Below, in pieces: positions 14,191 through 26,727 of a stretch of DNA of 64,000 nucleotides (within the stretch, counting starts at the first letter, position 1; every line of letters begins with the position of its first letter). A program made the position numbers and the translations under genes. The notes beneath the pieces were generated by a model. That model saw only the letters and a list, made by a program, of their open reading frames with translations. It ran no database searches and was not told where the DNA came from. The DNA comes from Octopus vulgaris (taxonomy: Eukaryota). Location of the stretch: contig OX597823.1 of the NCBI GenBank assembly GCA_951406725.2, positions 64,108,001-64,172,000 on the forward strand, in the 5' to 3' direction.

Positions 14191-14846
14191 AAAAAATGGA
14201 GTTAACGCAGGTTTAAACAAGTATTTTTACTTTCTACATATGTTTCGAAAATTCCACTGATACTATTCAAAAGAATAAAAGGTATAAATAATGCAATCTT
14301 CTCTTCGGGAAAGTGAAAAAACGAAACTCGTCAATACGACATTTTAGCAAAAAATGATGGATTCGTATAGCGATAGACAGAATGCTATTAATATTGTTTA
14401 AAAAAACGTTATATGATATAACGTCATAAGTAGCTAACAGAAAGAGTAGGGATATTAATAGTGAATGTTAAATATAAAGTAAATTAAAGTCTAAACTATA
14501 TATAATGATAGAGACTACTTATATGCACTAAAAGTATGTTTCTGCCAATGCTTACATCTGTATGCTCGTTCTATAACCGTGTTTACTAGAGTATTTTTAG
14601 AAAAAATAATGAAAAATATATCATATAACGTTTTTTTAAACAATATTAATAGCGTTCTGTCTATCGCTATACGAATCCATCATTTTTTGCTAAAATGTCG
14701 TATTGACGAGTTTCGTTTTTTCACTTTCCCGAAGAGAAGATTGCATTGTTTATACCTTTTATTCTTTTGAATAGTATCAGTGGAATTTTCGAAACATATG
14801 TAGAAAGTAAAAATACTTGTTTAAACCTGCGTTAACTCCATTTTTT
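14191..14846. repeat. 230-bp inverted repeats (14191-14420 and 14617-14846) around a 196-bp spacer; probable Penelope-like remnant
   Basis: The arms differ at about 2 positions by eye. Each arm carries a hammerhead-like core. Flanked by (TA)n. Confidence 0.9.
14723..14808 (+). ncRNA. Minimal (dimer-type) type I hammerhead ribozyme with a CCGAAGA core variant
   Basis: Stem I ACTTTC/GAAAGT; core CCGAAGA; stem II GAAGATTGCATTG/CAGTGGAATTTTC; GAAA; palindromic stem III CATATG; GUA cleavage triplet. A mirror copy lies on the minus strand in the left arm. Confidence 0.7.
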
Positions 14847-15008
14847 TTTCATATTATTCAAAATATTCAACGTAAACACAAAGTTTCAACCTTTATAAAC
14901 AAGGAGTTACAACATCTTACTTGTGAGATTTTTGCTGCCCTGGTAACTATTCATTTATTTATCCGTGTTAATTGTTAACAAGGTAAAATACACTCATCTA
15001 TTTATATA

Positions 15009-15050
<42 letters not shown>

Positions 15051-15053
<3 letters not shown>

Positions 15054-18000
15054 TAAGTTATTTCTACAAATAATCTATAGAATTTAGAGCCAGCACTAAA
15101 AGTTATGATGTTTTGTACACAAATGCATCTTTCTAAACTATGTAATTGAAGATGGAAGAATAGGTAATTGGTGCATATTCATATTTCAGGAGTTATTGCT
15201 TCTTCTTCAGCACCACGTCCAATCCATTAACCATCCACGAATACATTGCATCTATGTGTGCATGTATGTATGCATGCACCTATGTATGTATGTCTATATG
15301 TATGTATATGGGTGCAGGAGTGGCTGTGTGGTAAGTAGCTTGCTTACCAACCACATGGTTCTGGGTTCATATCCACTGCGTGGCACCTTGGGTAAGTGTC
15401 TTCTGTAGCCTCGGGCTGACTAAAGCCTTGTGAATGGATTTAGTAGTTGGAAACTGAAAGAAGCCTGTCGTATATATGTATATATATGTATGTGTGTGTA
15501 TATGTTTGTGTGTTTGTGTTTGTCCCCTCAACATTGCTTGACAACTGATGCTGGTCTGTTTACATCCCCATAACTTTGCGGTTTCTCAAAAGAGACAGAT
15601 AGAATAAGTACTAGGCTTCCAAAGAATAAGTCCTGGTGTCGATTTACTCGACTAAAGGTGGTGCTCCAGTATGGCTGCAATCAAATGACTGAAACAAGTA
15701 ATGGAGAAAAGAGTATATATGTATGTGTGTATGTTCACTTCCGTGTTTTTATTATCTGAATTCTTTCTTTGAAGAAGGAGTTGGTTTCTAGCAAAGATAC
15801 AAGGCTCCATCTTTAGAATGTAGATAACAAAAACGATGTCACATTTTAAACTTGAGAAAAGTCTTGCATAGTTTTACCATTCCACTTTCATATTGTATTT
15901 GTAATGTGTGAGTTCATTTATTTTTTTTTTTCATCTCTGGAAACTCTAGCTTATCCGGATTGTGATTGTGATTAAGGAATATATTCGTGAAGCCAAGTGC
16001 ACCAATTATTATTGGTATAAATGTAAATTTATAATCAGGATGTAGAAACTGGTGGTTTCGAAGGTGTTTGTCTATAGTTGACCTCTTCTCCTTTGATTTT
16101 CAAAGAGATATTCACATCAGCAAGACAGTTGACCTCCAGTTGTTTCTGGAAGACCAGCAGTCAACCATGCATACCAGTCTCCCCTCTCCACGCCGCCGAT
16201 GTTATCTAAGGGAAAGGCAAAGGGGCCGATACACCTTGATGGTACATGTTTTTTCTTGCCTGTCTCAAACAGCAATATCTGGTCTGTTGTGCTTACACTT
16301 GACAGATGTTTTGATGGGGATGCCCTACCAGAATTCTTTGTGTTGGCAATTGTTCGTGCATTCAATAATAGGGGTATGTTAAGCTTGCTTGTATGGAACT
16401 TAAATGGGGATGAACAGCAACAGGGGCAGCAACAACACCAACAGCAGCAGCAATTACAGCAACAACTAACAACAACAACTAACAACAACAACAACAACAG
16501 CAACATCAGCAGCAGCAACATCAGCAACAACAACAGAATAACTGCAGACAGATTTGAACTCAGGACATTTGAGTTGGTAGTTTGATGCCTTATTCACATG
16601 GTCACCTATTTTCTACAAGTGAAAATGGTAAAGAGAGAGAAACAAATGCAAAATAAAAAAATTAAAACAACAACAACAAAAGACATGAAAACCATTATTC
16701 ACTATAGTTACACATAGGATTTCATAGGAAACTTTACTGAGGACACTAAAAGCTTTTAAGTTATTTCTACAAATAATCAAAAAACAAAAAAAAAAACAAC
16801 AAACAGATAAAAAAAAGAAATAGAATTTAGAGCCAGCACTAAAAGTTATGATGTTTTGTACACAAATGCATCTTTCTAAACTATGTAATTGAAGATGGAA
16901 GAATAGGTAATTGGTGCATATGCATATTTCAGGAGTTATTGCTTCTTCTTCAACACCACGTCCAATCCATTAACCATCCACAAATACATTGCATCTATGT
17001 GTGCATGTATTTATGCATGCACCTATGTATGTATGTCTATATGTATGTATATGGGTGCAGGAGTGGCTGTGTGGTAAGTAGCTTGCTTACCAACCACATG
17101 GTTCTGGGTTCATTTCCACTGTGTGGCACCTTGGGTAAGTGTCTTCTGTAGCCTCGGGCTGACCAAAGCCTTGTGAGTGGATTTAGTAGTTGGAAACTGA
17201 AAGAAGCCTGTCGTATATATGTATATATATGTATGTGTGTGTATATGTTTGTGTGTTTGTGTTTGTCCCCTCAACATTGCTTGACAACTGATGCTGGTCT
17301 GTTTACGTCCCCATAACTTTGCGGTTCCGCAAAAGAGACAGATAGAATAAGTACTAGGCTTCCAAAGAATAAGTCCTGGTGTCGATTTACTCGACTAAAG
17401 GTGGTGCTCCAGTATGGCTGCAATCAAATGATTGTAACAAGTAAAAGAGAAAAGAGTATATATGTATGTATGTATGTATGTATGTTCACTTCCGTGTTTT
17501 TATTATCTGAATTCTTTCTTTGAAGAAGGAGTTGGTTTCTAGCAAAGATACAAGGCTCCATCTTTAGAATGTAGATAACAAAAACGATGTCACATTTTAA
17601 ACTTGAGAAAAGTCTTGCATAGTTTTACCATTCCACTTTCATATTGTATTTGTAATGTGTGAGTTCATTTATTTTTTTTTTTCATCTCTGGAAACTCTAG
17701 CTTATCCGGATTGCGATTGTGATTAAGGAATATATTCGTGAAGCCAAGTGCACCAATTATTATTGGTATAAATGTAAATTTATAATCAGGATGTAGAAAC
17801 TGGTGGTTTCGAAGGTGTTTGTCTATAGTTGACCTCTTCTCCTTTGATTTTCAAAGAGATATTCACATCAGCAAGACAGTTGACCTCTGTGATGGTACAT
17901 GTTTTTTCTTGTCCATCTCAAACAGCAATATCTGGTCTGTTGTGCTTACACTTGACAGATGTTTTGATGGGGATGTCCCACCAGAATTCTTTGTGTTGAC

Positions 18001-18406
18001 ATTTGTTCGTGCATTCAATAACAGGGGTATGTTAAGTTTGCTTGTATGAAACTTAAATGGGGATGAACAGCAACAATTGCAGCAACAACACCAACAGCAG
18101 CAGCAATTACAGCAACAACTAACAACAACAACTAACAACAACAACAACAACAGCAACATCAGCAGCAGCAACATCAGCAACAACAACAGAATAACTGCAG
18201 ACAGATTTGAACTCAGGACATTTGAGTTGGTAGTTTGATGCCTTATTCACATGGTCACCTCTTTTCTACAAGTGAAAATGGTAAAGAGAGAGAAACAAAT
18301 GCAAAATAAAAAAATTAGAACAACAACAACAAAAGACATGAAAACCATTATTCACTATAGTTACACATAGGATTTCATAGGAAACTTTACTGAGGACACT
18401 AAAAGC
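15051..18406. repeat. Tandem segmental duplication, units 15051-16753 and 16754-18406
   Basis: Both units carry the same unique segment, family-A SINE, RLE-LINE remnant and CAA/CAG tract, with scattered SNPs. Unit 1 has a 100-bp extra insert; unit 2 has a roughly 40-bp A-rich insert. Confidence 0.95.
17475..18035 (-). mobile_element. 3' remnant of an R4/Dong-like non-LTR retrotransposon (restriction-like endonuclease domain plus 3' UTR); duplicate at about 15722-16380
   Basis: Minus-strand translation with a stop and frameshift: EFWWDIPIKTSVKCKHNRPDIAV*DGQEKTCTITEV...DVNI..K...Y / FIPIIIGALG / LQIQ..SGMVKLCKTFLKFKM*. This is the RPD...E/D...K RLE signature. The element ends in (CATA)n. Confidence 0.8.
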
Positions 18407-21346
18407 TTTTAAGTGATTTCACAAGTGAACAACAGAACCAAAACAAGAGAATGAGTGGAGAAAAACAAAAAACAAAAAAACAAAACAAACAGAAATAACA
18501 GATAAAAAAAAAGAAATTCAAATTTTAACTACTTTAAATATTGACTTACAAAGTAACACAGTTTATATGATAGAAGGTCAGTTTACAGTGTCATTAACAG
18601 TCTTTGGACAGATAATTGGCATTATTTAATAGCAGCAGTAGAATAATCTAAGGAGTGGGGGTAAAAAAAAAAAGAATAAAAAGTTATCCATACTCCTACT
18701 TCGTTGGACTTGCAAGAGTAGATTTCCTATGATGGTTTTGCCATGAAATCTGAGGAATTAGATTTCAAAGCAAAATCTTAACAATTTGTGAGAGAGAACA
18801 AGAGAAAGGGACAGAGAAAGGGAGGTGGGAGAAAGGGAACAAGAGAGAGAGAGAGAGAGGATGCTTGAATGTGTGAAAAAAAAAAGAAGACTCATACAAG
18901 AGTGAATTCAAGTTAACTACATTAGTGACACAGATGGCTAAATATCTGGCTGTACATTTCCTGTACACTGTATGCTTCTGCCGAGTTTTTGTGTCTTTGA
19001 AGCAAAGTTTCCTTCAACTAATTGATGACAGGTATTTCATGTCTAAAAGTCTTGGAAAGGATTTATTAGTTTAAATGTAAATTTTAGAAAATAAAAATGT
19101 ATAACCTTAATTGGAAGAAAAAGGGTAACATATGCAACCCTTTGCAGCACTTCTGAAATAAGTGAGAGGCAGAGAAGAGTTTATCCTGAAAAGAAAAACT
19201 GAACACTAATTCTTCCATAAGAGTGGTCTCCACTAAAAGCACTTAAGGGCCATGTGGTGATGTTAATGGTGTTAAATGGAGGGACAGATTAGTATTCATT
19301 ACACTAGTGGAGGCACATGACCAAGTGGTTAGAGCAGAAGACTCGCAGTCGGGGGATCATGGGTTCAAATCTCAGACCGGGCAATGTGTGTGTTTATGAG
19401 CGAAGCACCTAAGCTCCATGCGGCTCCAGCAGAAGGTAATGGCGAACTTCTCCTGACTCTTTCGCCACAACTTTCTCTCACTCTTTCCTCCTGCATCTTG
19501 CAGCTCACCTGTGACGGACTGGCGTCCCGTCCAGGTGGGGTACCTATATGCCAAGGAAACCAGGAAACCGGCCCTTATGAGCCAGGCATGGCTCAAGAAA
19601 GAACAAACAACAACAAACATTCTTTACACTCATTCTTTATTTTAGTGTTCATTACACTGTGTAACATGATTTTTCTCCTCAGGTAGCAGCAGTTATTTTC
19701 TATTTGCTTACCCTTAGAAAGTATGAACAACAGCTAGTTTCCTTCAAACTTTGCTTTTGTTACGTCTATTCAAACCTCCCAAAGAATCCCCCTCCACACA
19801 CAATTATGATGCCCCCCACCACTACTCTTACTTATGATCAGAGATACACATATTGTCAGCCACTAAGGGACACATTCAACTAGTTAAGGTCAAGCAACTG
19901 ACAATCAAATCTGTGCTATTGAGCTGGATATTTGCTATAATGATATTTCTGCTTCAGCAACTCAGCACCGAATCAGTCTGAAATGTAATGGAAAGTAGGT
20001 CAGTTTGAAAACATTGGTGTCTGGGTCACAAAAGCAAAGTTTGAAGGGACTAGTAGTTAGTTATTTCCTTTTGATTTCTTGATAGAAGCAAATTGGAAAT
20101 AACACTTAATGACCAAAGACAAAAAAAAAAAAGAAGTTGAATTTTGTTGTGTGAATTAATAATGCATTATCTTATAGCTTTGAGATTTCAATCTCCTCCT
20201 TATTCTGACTGTGGCTGTGTGGTAAGTAGCTTGTTTACCAACCACATGGTTCCGGGTTCAGTCCCACTGCGTGGCACCTTGGGCAAGTGTCTTTTACTAT
20301 AGCCTCGGGCCAACCAAAGCCTTGTGAGTGGATTTGGTAGACGGAAACTGAAAGAAGCCCATCATATATATGTATATATATGCGTGTGTGTGTTTGTGTG
20401 TCTGTGTTTGTCCCCCTAGCATTGCTTGACAACCGATGCTGGTGTGTTGATGTCCCTGTTACTTAGCGGTTTGGCAAAAGAGACCGATAGAATAAGTACT
20501 GGGCTTACAAAAGAATAAGTCCCGGGGTCAAGTTGCTCGATTAAAGGCGGTGTTCCAGCATGGCCACGGCCAAAAGACTGAAACAAGTAAAAGAGAGAGT
20601 TATTTATTCATTTTGCCTTGAATTAATAATGCATTATCCTATAGCTTTGAGATTTCAATCTCCTCCTCCTCCACATAGCCATGCCAAAAAAAATAGTTAA
20701 CTTTTTAAAAAGTCTCTCTTTAAATATTGTGACTGTGGCTGTGTGGTAAGTAGCTTGCTTACCAACCACATGGTTCCGGGTTCAGTCCCACTGCGTGACA
20801 CCTTGGGCAAGTGTCTTCTACTATAGCCTTGGGCTGATTAAAGCCTTGTGAGTGAATTTGGTAGATGGAAACTGAAAGAAGCCCGTTGTATATATGTATA
20901 TATATATATGTATATATGTATGTGTGTGTATATGTTTGTCTGTCTGTATTTGTCCCCAGCCCCCCAACATCGCTTGACAACCGATGCTGGTGTGTTTACA
21001 TCTCTGTAACTTAGTGGTTCAGCAAAAGAAACCCATAGAATAAGTACTAAGCTTACAAAGAATAAGTGCTGGGGTTGATTTGCTCAACTAAAGGTGGTGC
21101 TCCAGCATGACCACAGTCAAATGACTGAAACAAGTAAAAATAAAAAATAAAAGAGATGTGATTTCGAGGAAGGTTTGACTACTATTTCTAGCAAACTGGG
21201 CGATTGCAGAAAATGCTTTCGGCTGGCTCATGAAATGTTTCTATCAACAACACAGCCACAGCATGCATTATAGCATGTGTTATAAGCCTCTCAAATTACT
21301 TTTAAACATTATATTTCATTTTATTTTGCTATAATAATGACGATGC

Positions 21347-21377
<31 letters not shown>

Positions 21378-21699
21378 AATAACAAAGATATTAATAGCAA
21401 TAATAATAATGAGGAAATAATATGAGTAAATAACAATATGTGCATGCATGTGTGTGTGAGTGTGAGTGTGTGTGTTTGTGCAGTTGTGTGTGTGTGTGTG
21501 TATGTGTGTTTCCAAAGAGATAATTGTTACATTTTGGCGGAGTTATGATATATAGATTGTTTAATAAACACATGCGTTTGTGTTTGTTGAAACTGTTATT
21601 GCAGTATCAAAGTCCTCTGCTATTGCATAATTTTAACATGATCTGATCACCGGCATTCTAATTTACATGATGATGAAAGAGCCTTTGACGTAAAGGATA

Positions 21700-21711
21700 A
21701 CAATAATAATA

Positions 21712-21766
<55 letters not shown>

Positions 21767-21785
21767 TAATAGTAATAATAATAAC

Positions 21786-21869
<84 letters not shown>

Positions 21870-21912
21870 AGTAATAATAATAATAATAATAATAATAATA
21901 GTAATAATAATA

Positions 21913-21954
<42 letters not shown>

Positions 21955-22030
21955 TGAATAATAATAGTAATAATAATAATAATAGTAATAATAATAATAA
22001 TAATAATTATGATAATAATAATGACGATGC

Positions 22031-22060
<30 letters not shown>
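21700..22060. repeat. (TAA)n/(TGA)n microsatellite
   Basis: Direct inspection. Source of the poly-Ile ORFs. A similar (TTA/TA)n tract lies at about 35290-35517. Confidence 0.95.
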
Positions 22061-22061
<1 letters not shown>

Positions 22062-23220
22062 AATAACAAAGATATTAATAGCAATAATAATAATGAGGAA
22101 ATAATATGAGTAAATAACAATAGTGTGCATGTGTCTGTGAGTGAGTGTGTATGCATGTGCGTGCGTGTGTGTGTGTGTATGTGTTTAACTGAGAGAGAGA
22201 GAGATAGTTAGAGGTAAGAGTAAAGAGAAAGAAAGGGAGTGAGAGAAAGTTGGAGGAAGGCTGAGATAAATAGCCCGAAGGTTTGTACACGTACATATTG
22301 TTGTGTATATCACATATATAATGAATGTGTTTGCATGACATGAGCAAATATTCTGTGTTATATATAAACAGCTAATATATTTGCACATCATCAACATTAC
22401 TAATACCATACCACCACCACCACCACCACCACCATCATCATCATCATTATCATCATCTTCATTTTCATTGATGTTGTTGTCAGCATCATTGCCATCACCC
22501 CACCTCTGTTACTACCTTCACCAACTATTCAACACGTTTCAGGGCCCCAGATTATTCCTACTTATACACTGCATTCAACAAGTATTCCCTTATTCTTTTC
22601 ACTTGTGTCAGCCATTTGACTGCGGCCGTGCTGGAGCACCACCTTGAAAGGTTTTCAGTTGAACAAATCAACCCCAGCACTTATTTTTTTTTTTTAAAGC
22701 CAAGTACTTATCCTATTGGTCTCTTTTGCCAAACCACTGGTGTGTTTATGTTATGGGGACTTAAACACACCAACGTCAGTTGTCAAGTGGTAATGGTGGG
22801 CAACAAACACAAAGAAATATGCACATAGATACATATATATAAACACTTCCAGAAAACTCTTATCAATGTGCAATGTAATCACCCCAGTGGCAATGATTTG
22901 GTACCAAGGGATATAACTCTTAACTCAATCTCCTACTTGTTTCATTTCCTCTTTTTTACAGCAGCTGCAAGCCAGGTGTATCTGTTCACCTCCAACAATA
23001 AAGAAGTGTTGCCATATTTCATTCCATGTCAGCCACCTCTGATGAGTGCAGGGTTACATAATCATATTGTTACCTAACACTCCATTGAATCCCTAGCACA
23101 AAACTGATTGGAAATATCAACCGTAAAGGTTATATAAAACTGTACACTTCGAATAATATACCCACTCTGCCTACAGATATAGAAGTGCATTTTTACCTGA
23201 CTTATGGACTCTTAGCTGAC

Positions 23221-23262
<42 letters not shown>

Positions 23263-24510
23263 ACATATGAAGCAAAAGCAACTCTAGTGTAATAAATATT
23301 TAATACATATATTATATATTAATGTATGTTTTGTGTTGTGTACTTTCTGGTGGCTTCCTATCCTCAGTCGAGTTCCAGATTGTCATTGCAGTTTTGGACA
23401 GTTACACTTGAGACTCCTCCACTCTGGGCGGCCCCAAGAAAATCTAAGCTAAGAGCACTAGACTCCTTTGAAGGAAGCAAGGGAATGTATATGAAAACAA
23501 GGACAAAAAAAGGGAGAAATGGTACACAAATACAAATACAAACAACAGGACATTAACAACAGGTGTCTTTTAACTAAGGATCAATTAAATTAAGCTGGCA
23601 CATGTGGAAGTGAAGCCTTATGGCAAGAACATAGGAGGTAAAAGTCATGCTATATATATGTATATACTTTTTCTATTTTCTCCCCCTGTTTATTTGTGTT
23701 CTTTTCTGTTAAAGAGCATAGGCTCAAAACGTAAAAGACTTTCTCACTTCCCGAGTGTTAAACTAATACATCTGTTTGTTGTTTACACACCCGTCTTCGT
23801 CTTTTGTTTTTCTGTAAATTCTCACTATATATATATATATATACACACACTTTTAATTTTGTTGATGATGCCTTAGTTCAGTAGTATTATTTTCTAGAAT
23901 TCTCCTGGGGATTTTATGACCATCTTCATCAGTTAACATTTAGGACTTTTATTTATTTATTTATTTATTTTTGCCCTTTGTTCTTGTTTTGAGAAGAAAC
24001 CTAACATCCAGCAACTTTTTACTGATGAATTTTTAGACACTATCTTCTAAATCAAGCAGAGTATGTAGGGGGTGCAAATTTTGATTTTGCAGACCCCACC
24101 AAAAATTTTAGGGGTGCGAGTGCACCACCTACATCCCTGTATCTCAGGCCTTTGCAAGCAGGTGTATTAGTTTGGCACTCAGGAAGAATTGAAAAGTCTT
24201 TGACATTTCATGCCTATGCTCTTTCACAGAAAGGGTTGGGAATAAAAAGATGGAGAGAGGTTGGGAAAAAATGGAGAGAAAAATGTCTCGGTATTAATGG
24301 TTCAATATTACATACACTCACATGATTACCCCAGTTTGATCTTGCCTGACTGAACTTCCTCCCCCCTTGAACTCTCATCTCTCCAAACTTCTTCATGAAC
24401 TTTTGGTACCTCTTCTCCTCCACTTAACCATCACCCCACCTGGATTACCATTGAATCTTTGTACTCTTTTGGACTCTACCACCATGGATCTTTACTGGCT
24501 ACTTTCATAG

Positions 24511-24576
<66 letters not shown>

Positions 24577-24820
24577 CGTGGGTTGATGCCAGTGCTGCCT
24601 GACTGGCTCCCATTCTGGTGGCATGTAAAAAGCACCCACTACACTTCTCAGAGTGGTTGGCATTAGGAAGGGCATATAACAGTAGAAACCTTACCTAATC
24701 AAATTGGAGTCTGGTGCAGCCTCCTGGCTTGCCAGTCCTCAGCCAAACCATCCAGCCCATGCCAGCATTGAAAACAGATGTTAAATGACGAGGATGATGA
24801 TGTTGATGATCATGTATATA

Positions 24821-25756
24821 CAGGGTTATTCAAAAAGAAAGAGCAGATTTCAAATTTATTTTTAAAGCAAACAGTAAGAGACACAAACACATTCTGCATG
24901 TTTCTTGATAGGGGAGGGTTTAAAGTTCACAGCTGAACATGATCAATTATAAATAATATTTAAATTTTGTTTTAATACTTCATTTTACTCTTTTACTTGT
25001 TTCAGTCATTTGACTGTGGCCATGCTGGAGCACCGCCTTTAGTTGAATCAAATCGGCCCCAGGACTTATTCTTTGTAAGCCTAGTACTTATTCTATTGGT
25101 CTCTTTTGCCGAACCACTAAGTTATGGGGGACCTAAACACACCAGCATCGGTTGTCAAGCAATGTTGGGGGGACAAACACAGATACATAAACATATACAC
25201 ACAGATACATATATATATACATATATACAATGGGCTTCTTTCAGTTTCTGTCTACCAAATCCACTCACAAGGCTTTGGTCAGCCTGAGGCTATAGTAGAA
25301 GACACTTGCCATGCAGTGGGACTGAACCCGGAACCATGTGGTTCGTAAGCAAGCTACTTACCATACAGCCACTCATGCACCATTTTGTACATTTTATTTA
25401 AAGTTGTATAATTTTCATTTGTGTAATTCCTTAGAAAATGGTGATGCCACAAGAAAAGTCTTTTTGTGTGCTGCAGTTTGAGAAATATGAATCGATTGTG
25501 CAAGGGCAACATCAATTTCACTGCCAATTCAATAAAAATCCTCCTTGTCATGAGCAAATTTACGAATGGCATAAAAATTTCACAGGAAAAGGTTGCAACA
25601 TTTTGAGCAACACATGGTGCTCATGTTGAGTGCATACAACCTTAAAATAAACTTTAAAACTTTCCCTATCAAGAAATATGTAGAATGTGTTTGTGTCTCT
25701 TATTTTTTGTTTTAAAAATAAATTTAAAATTTGCTCTTTCTCTTTGAATTACCCTA
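24821..25756 (+). mobile_element. Internally deleted Tc1/mariner element with about 110-bp TIRs, carrying a nested family-A SINE
   Basis: TA|cagggttattcaaaaagaaagagcag... and ...tttgctctttctctttgaattacccta. N-terminal HTH remnant MVMPQEKSFCVLQFEKYESIV...PP...IYEWHKNF...GC (25438 onward) is joined to a C-terminal ATHGAHVE remnant. Confidence 0.8.
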
Positions 25757-25862
25757 TGTCTTTTTGATGTCCTGTACCCATATATGCATGTATATATACA
25801 TATATATGTAGGTATGTACATATATGTATGTATATATGCATATATATATGTATTACTTATAT

Positions 25863-25922
<60 letters not shown>

Positions 25923-25984
25923 AAGTAGGCAATTTGCTACTCTGTGATATATTTTGCAAAATATTCCTTTTTATATATTTTCAG

Positions 25985-26115
25985 GAAGGAACATTTTTTG
26001 TTGAATTAATGGGATTACTTCCAAAACAAGAAATAAAACTAACAAAATCTGTCATAATTCCAGTGTGTAGTGTTTTTAGCCAAACTACGTCTCAAGTGAA
26101 AGTAAAGAATGTTGG
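25985..26115 (+). CDS. CFAP65: Internal exon 1 (in this window) of a CFAP65/CCDC108-like gene: [43 protein letters not shown](G)
   Basis: Polypyrimidine acceptor ...ttatatattttcAG and donor GG|gtatgt. 131 nt, phase 0 to phase 2. The peptide resembles human CFAP65 EGMFCVGLRATLP...LPMCAV...LDNVG as recalled from memory (not BLASTed). Confidence 0.8.
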
Positions 26116-26460
26116 GTATGTAACAATTTTAGTTATTTTTTTTAAATCTTAAAAATCAATTCTAAAATAAAAGAAAAAAGAAAAATTATGAAAAATAATA
26201 ATGGAAGTACAAAACTTTAGTGATGTTCTTGCTTGGCAAGATTATAGGTTGAAACTGGAAAAACTACACAGCAGAAAATTAGTATCAACTATTTAAAACA
26301 TGTGCACAATCACACACACACATGTACAGACACACACACATATACACACACACACAAAACAGAAACAAAAAACCAAAACAGTTACATTCATTTTGTGCTT
26401 GCTATTAATTGGCATCATGTCTTCAGTTCTTTTTCTGTTTCTTTAACTCCCAAAAAGACT

Positions 26461-26727
26461 TATAAGGTGCATTCCAGAAGTTTTGAGATTTTTTCAGGAG
26501 AGACATTTATTAATATCAAAGAAATACAAGACTCTAATCTTCATCAAAATAGGATTCTCTGACTTCAATGCTCTTGTTATGGTGCTCCAACCACTTCATG
26601 AAGGCCCTATAGGATTTTTCCAAAGTAAAGGTGTCTAGGACTCTTGTCACAGCCGCCACCGTCTTCAAAATGTGTACCCCTGAAATTCTCCTTCAGCTTA
26701 GGGAACAACCAAAAGTCACAGGGAGAA
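26461..26727 (-). mobile_element. mariner transposase 3' remnant
   Basis: Minus strand reads PCDFWLFPKLKENFRGTHFED ... IEVRESYFDE, followed by a TIR-like end. Confidence 0.7.

Noticed and set aside
16199-16585. Poly-Gln/Asn ORF suggesting a transcription factor
   Set aside because: It is the antisense of an RLE-LINE remnant plus a SINE patch and a CAA/CAG tract. The duplicate copy has a stop in this frame.
19308-19385. tRNA-like sequences (also at the heads of many repeats)
   Set aside because: They continue into SINE bodies and lack a full cloverleaf; these are SINE heads, not tRNA genes.
19650-20150. About 500-bp similarity with 43760-44720, suggesting a segmental duplication
   Set aside because: More simply two diverged copies of a dispersed repeat family, the second interrupted by a SINE; cannot be distinguished from this window alone.
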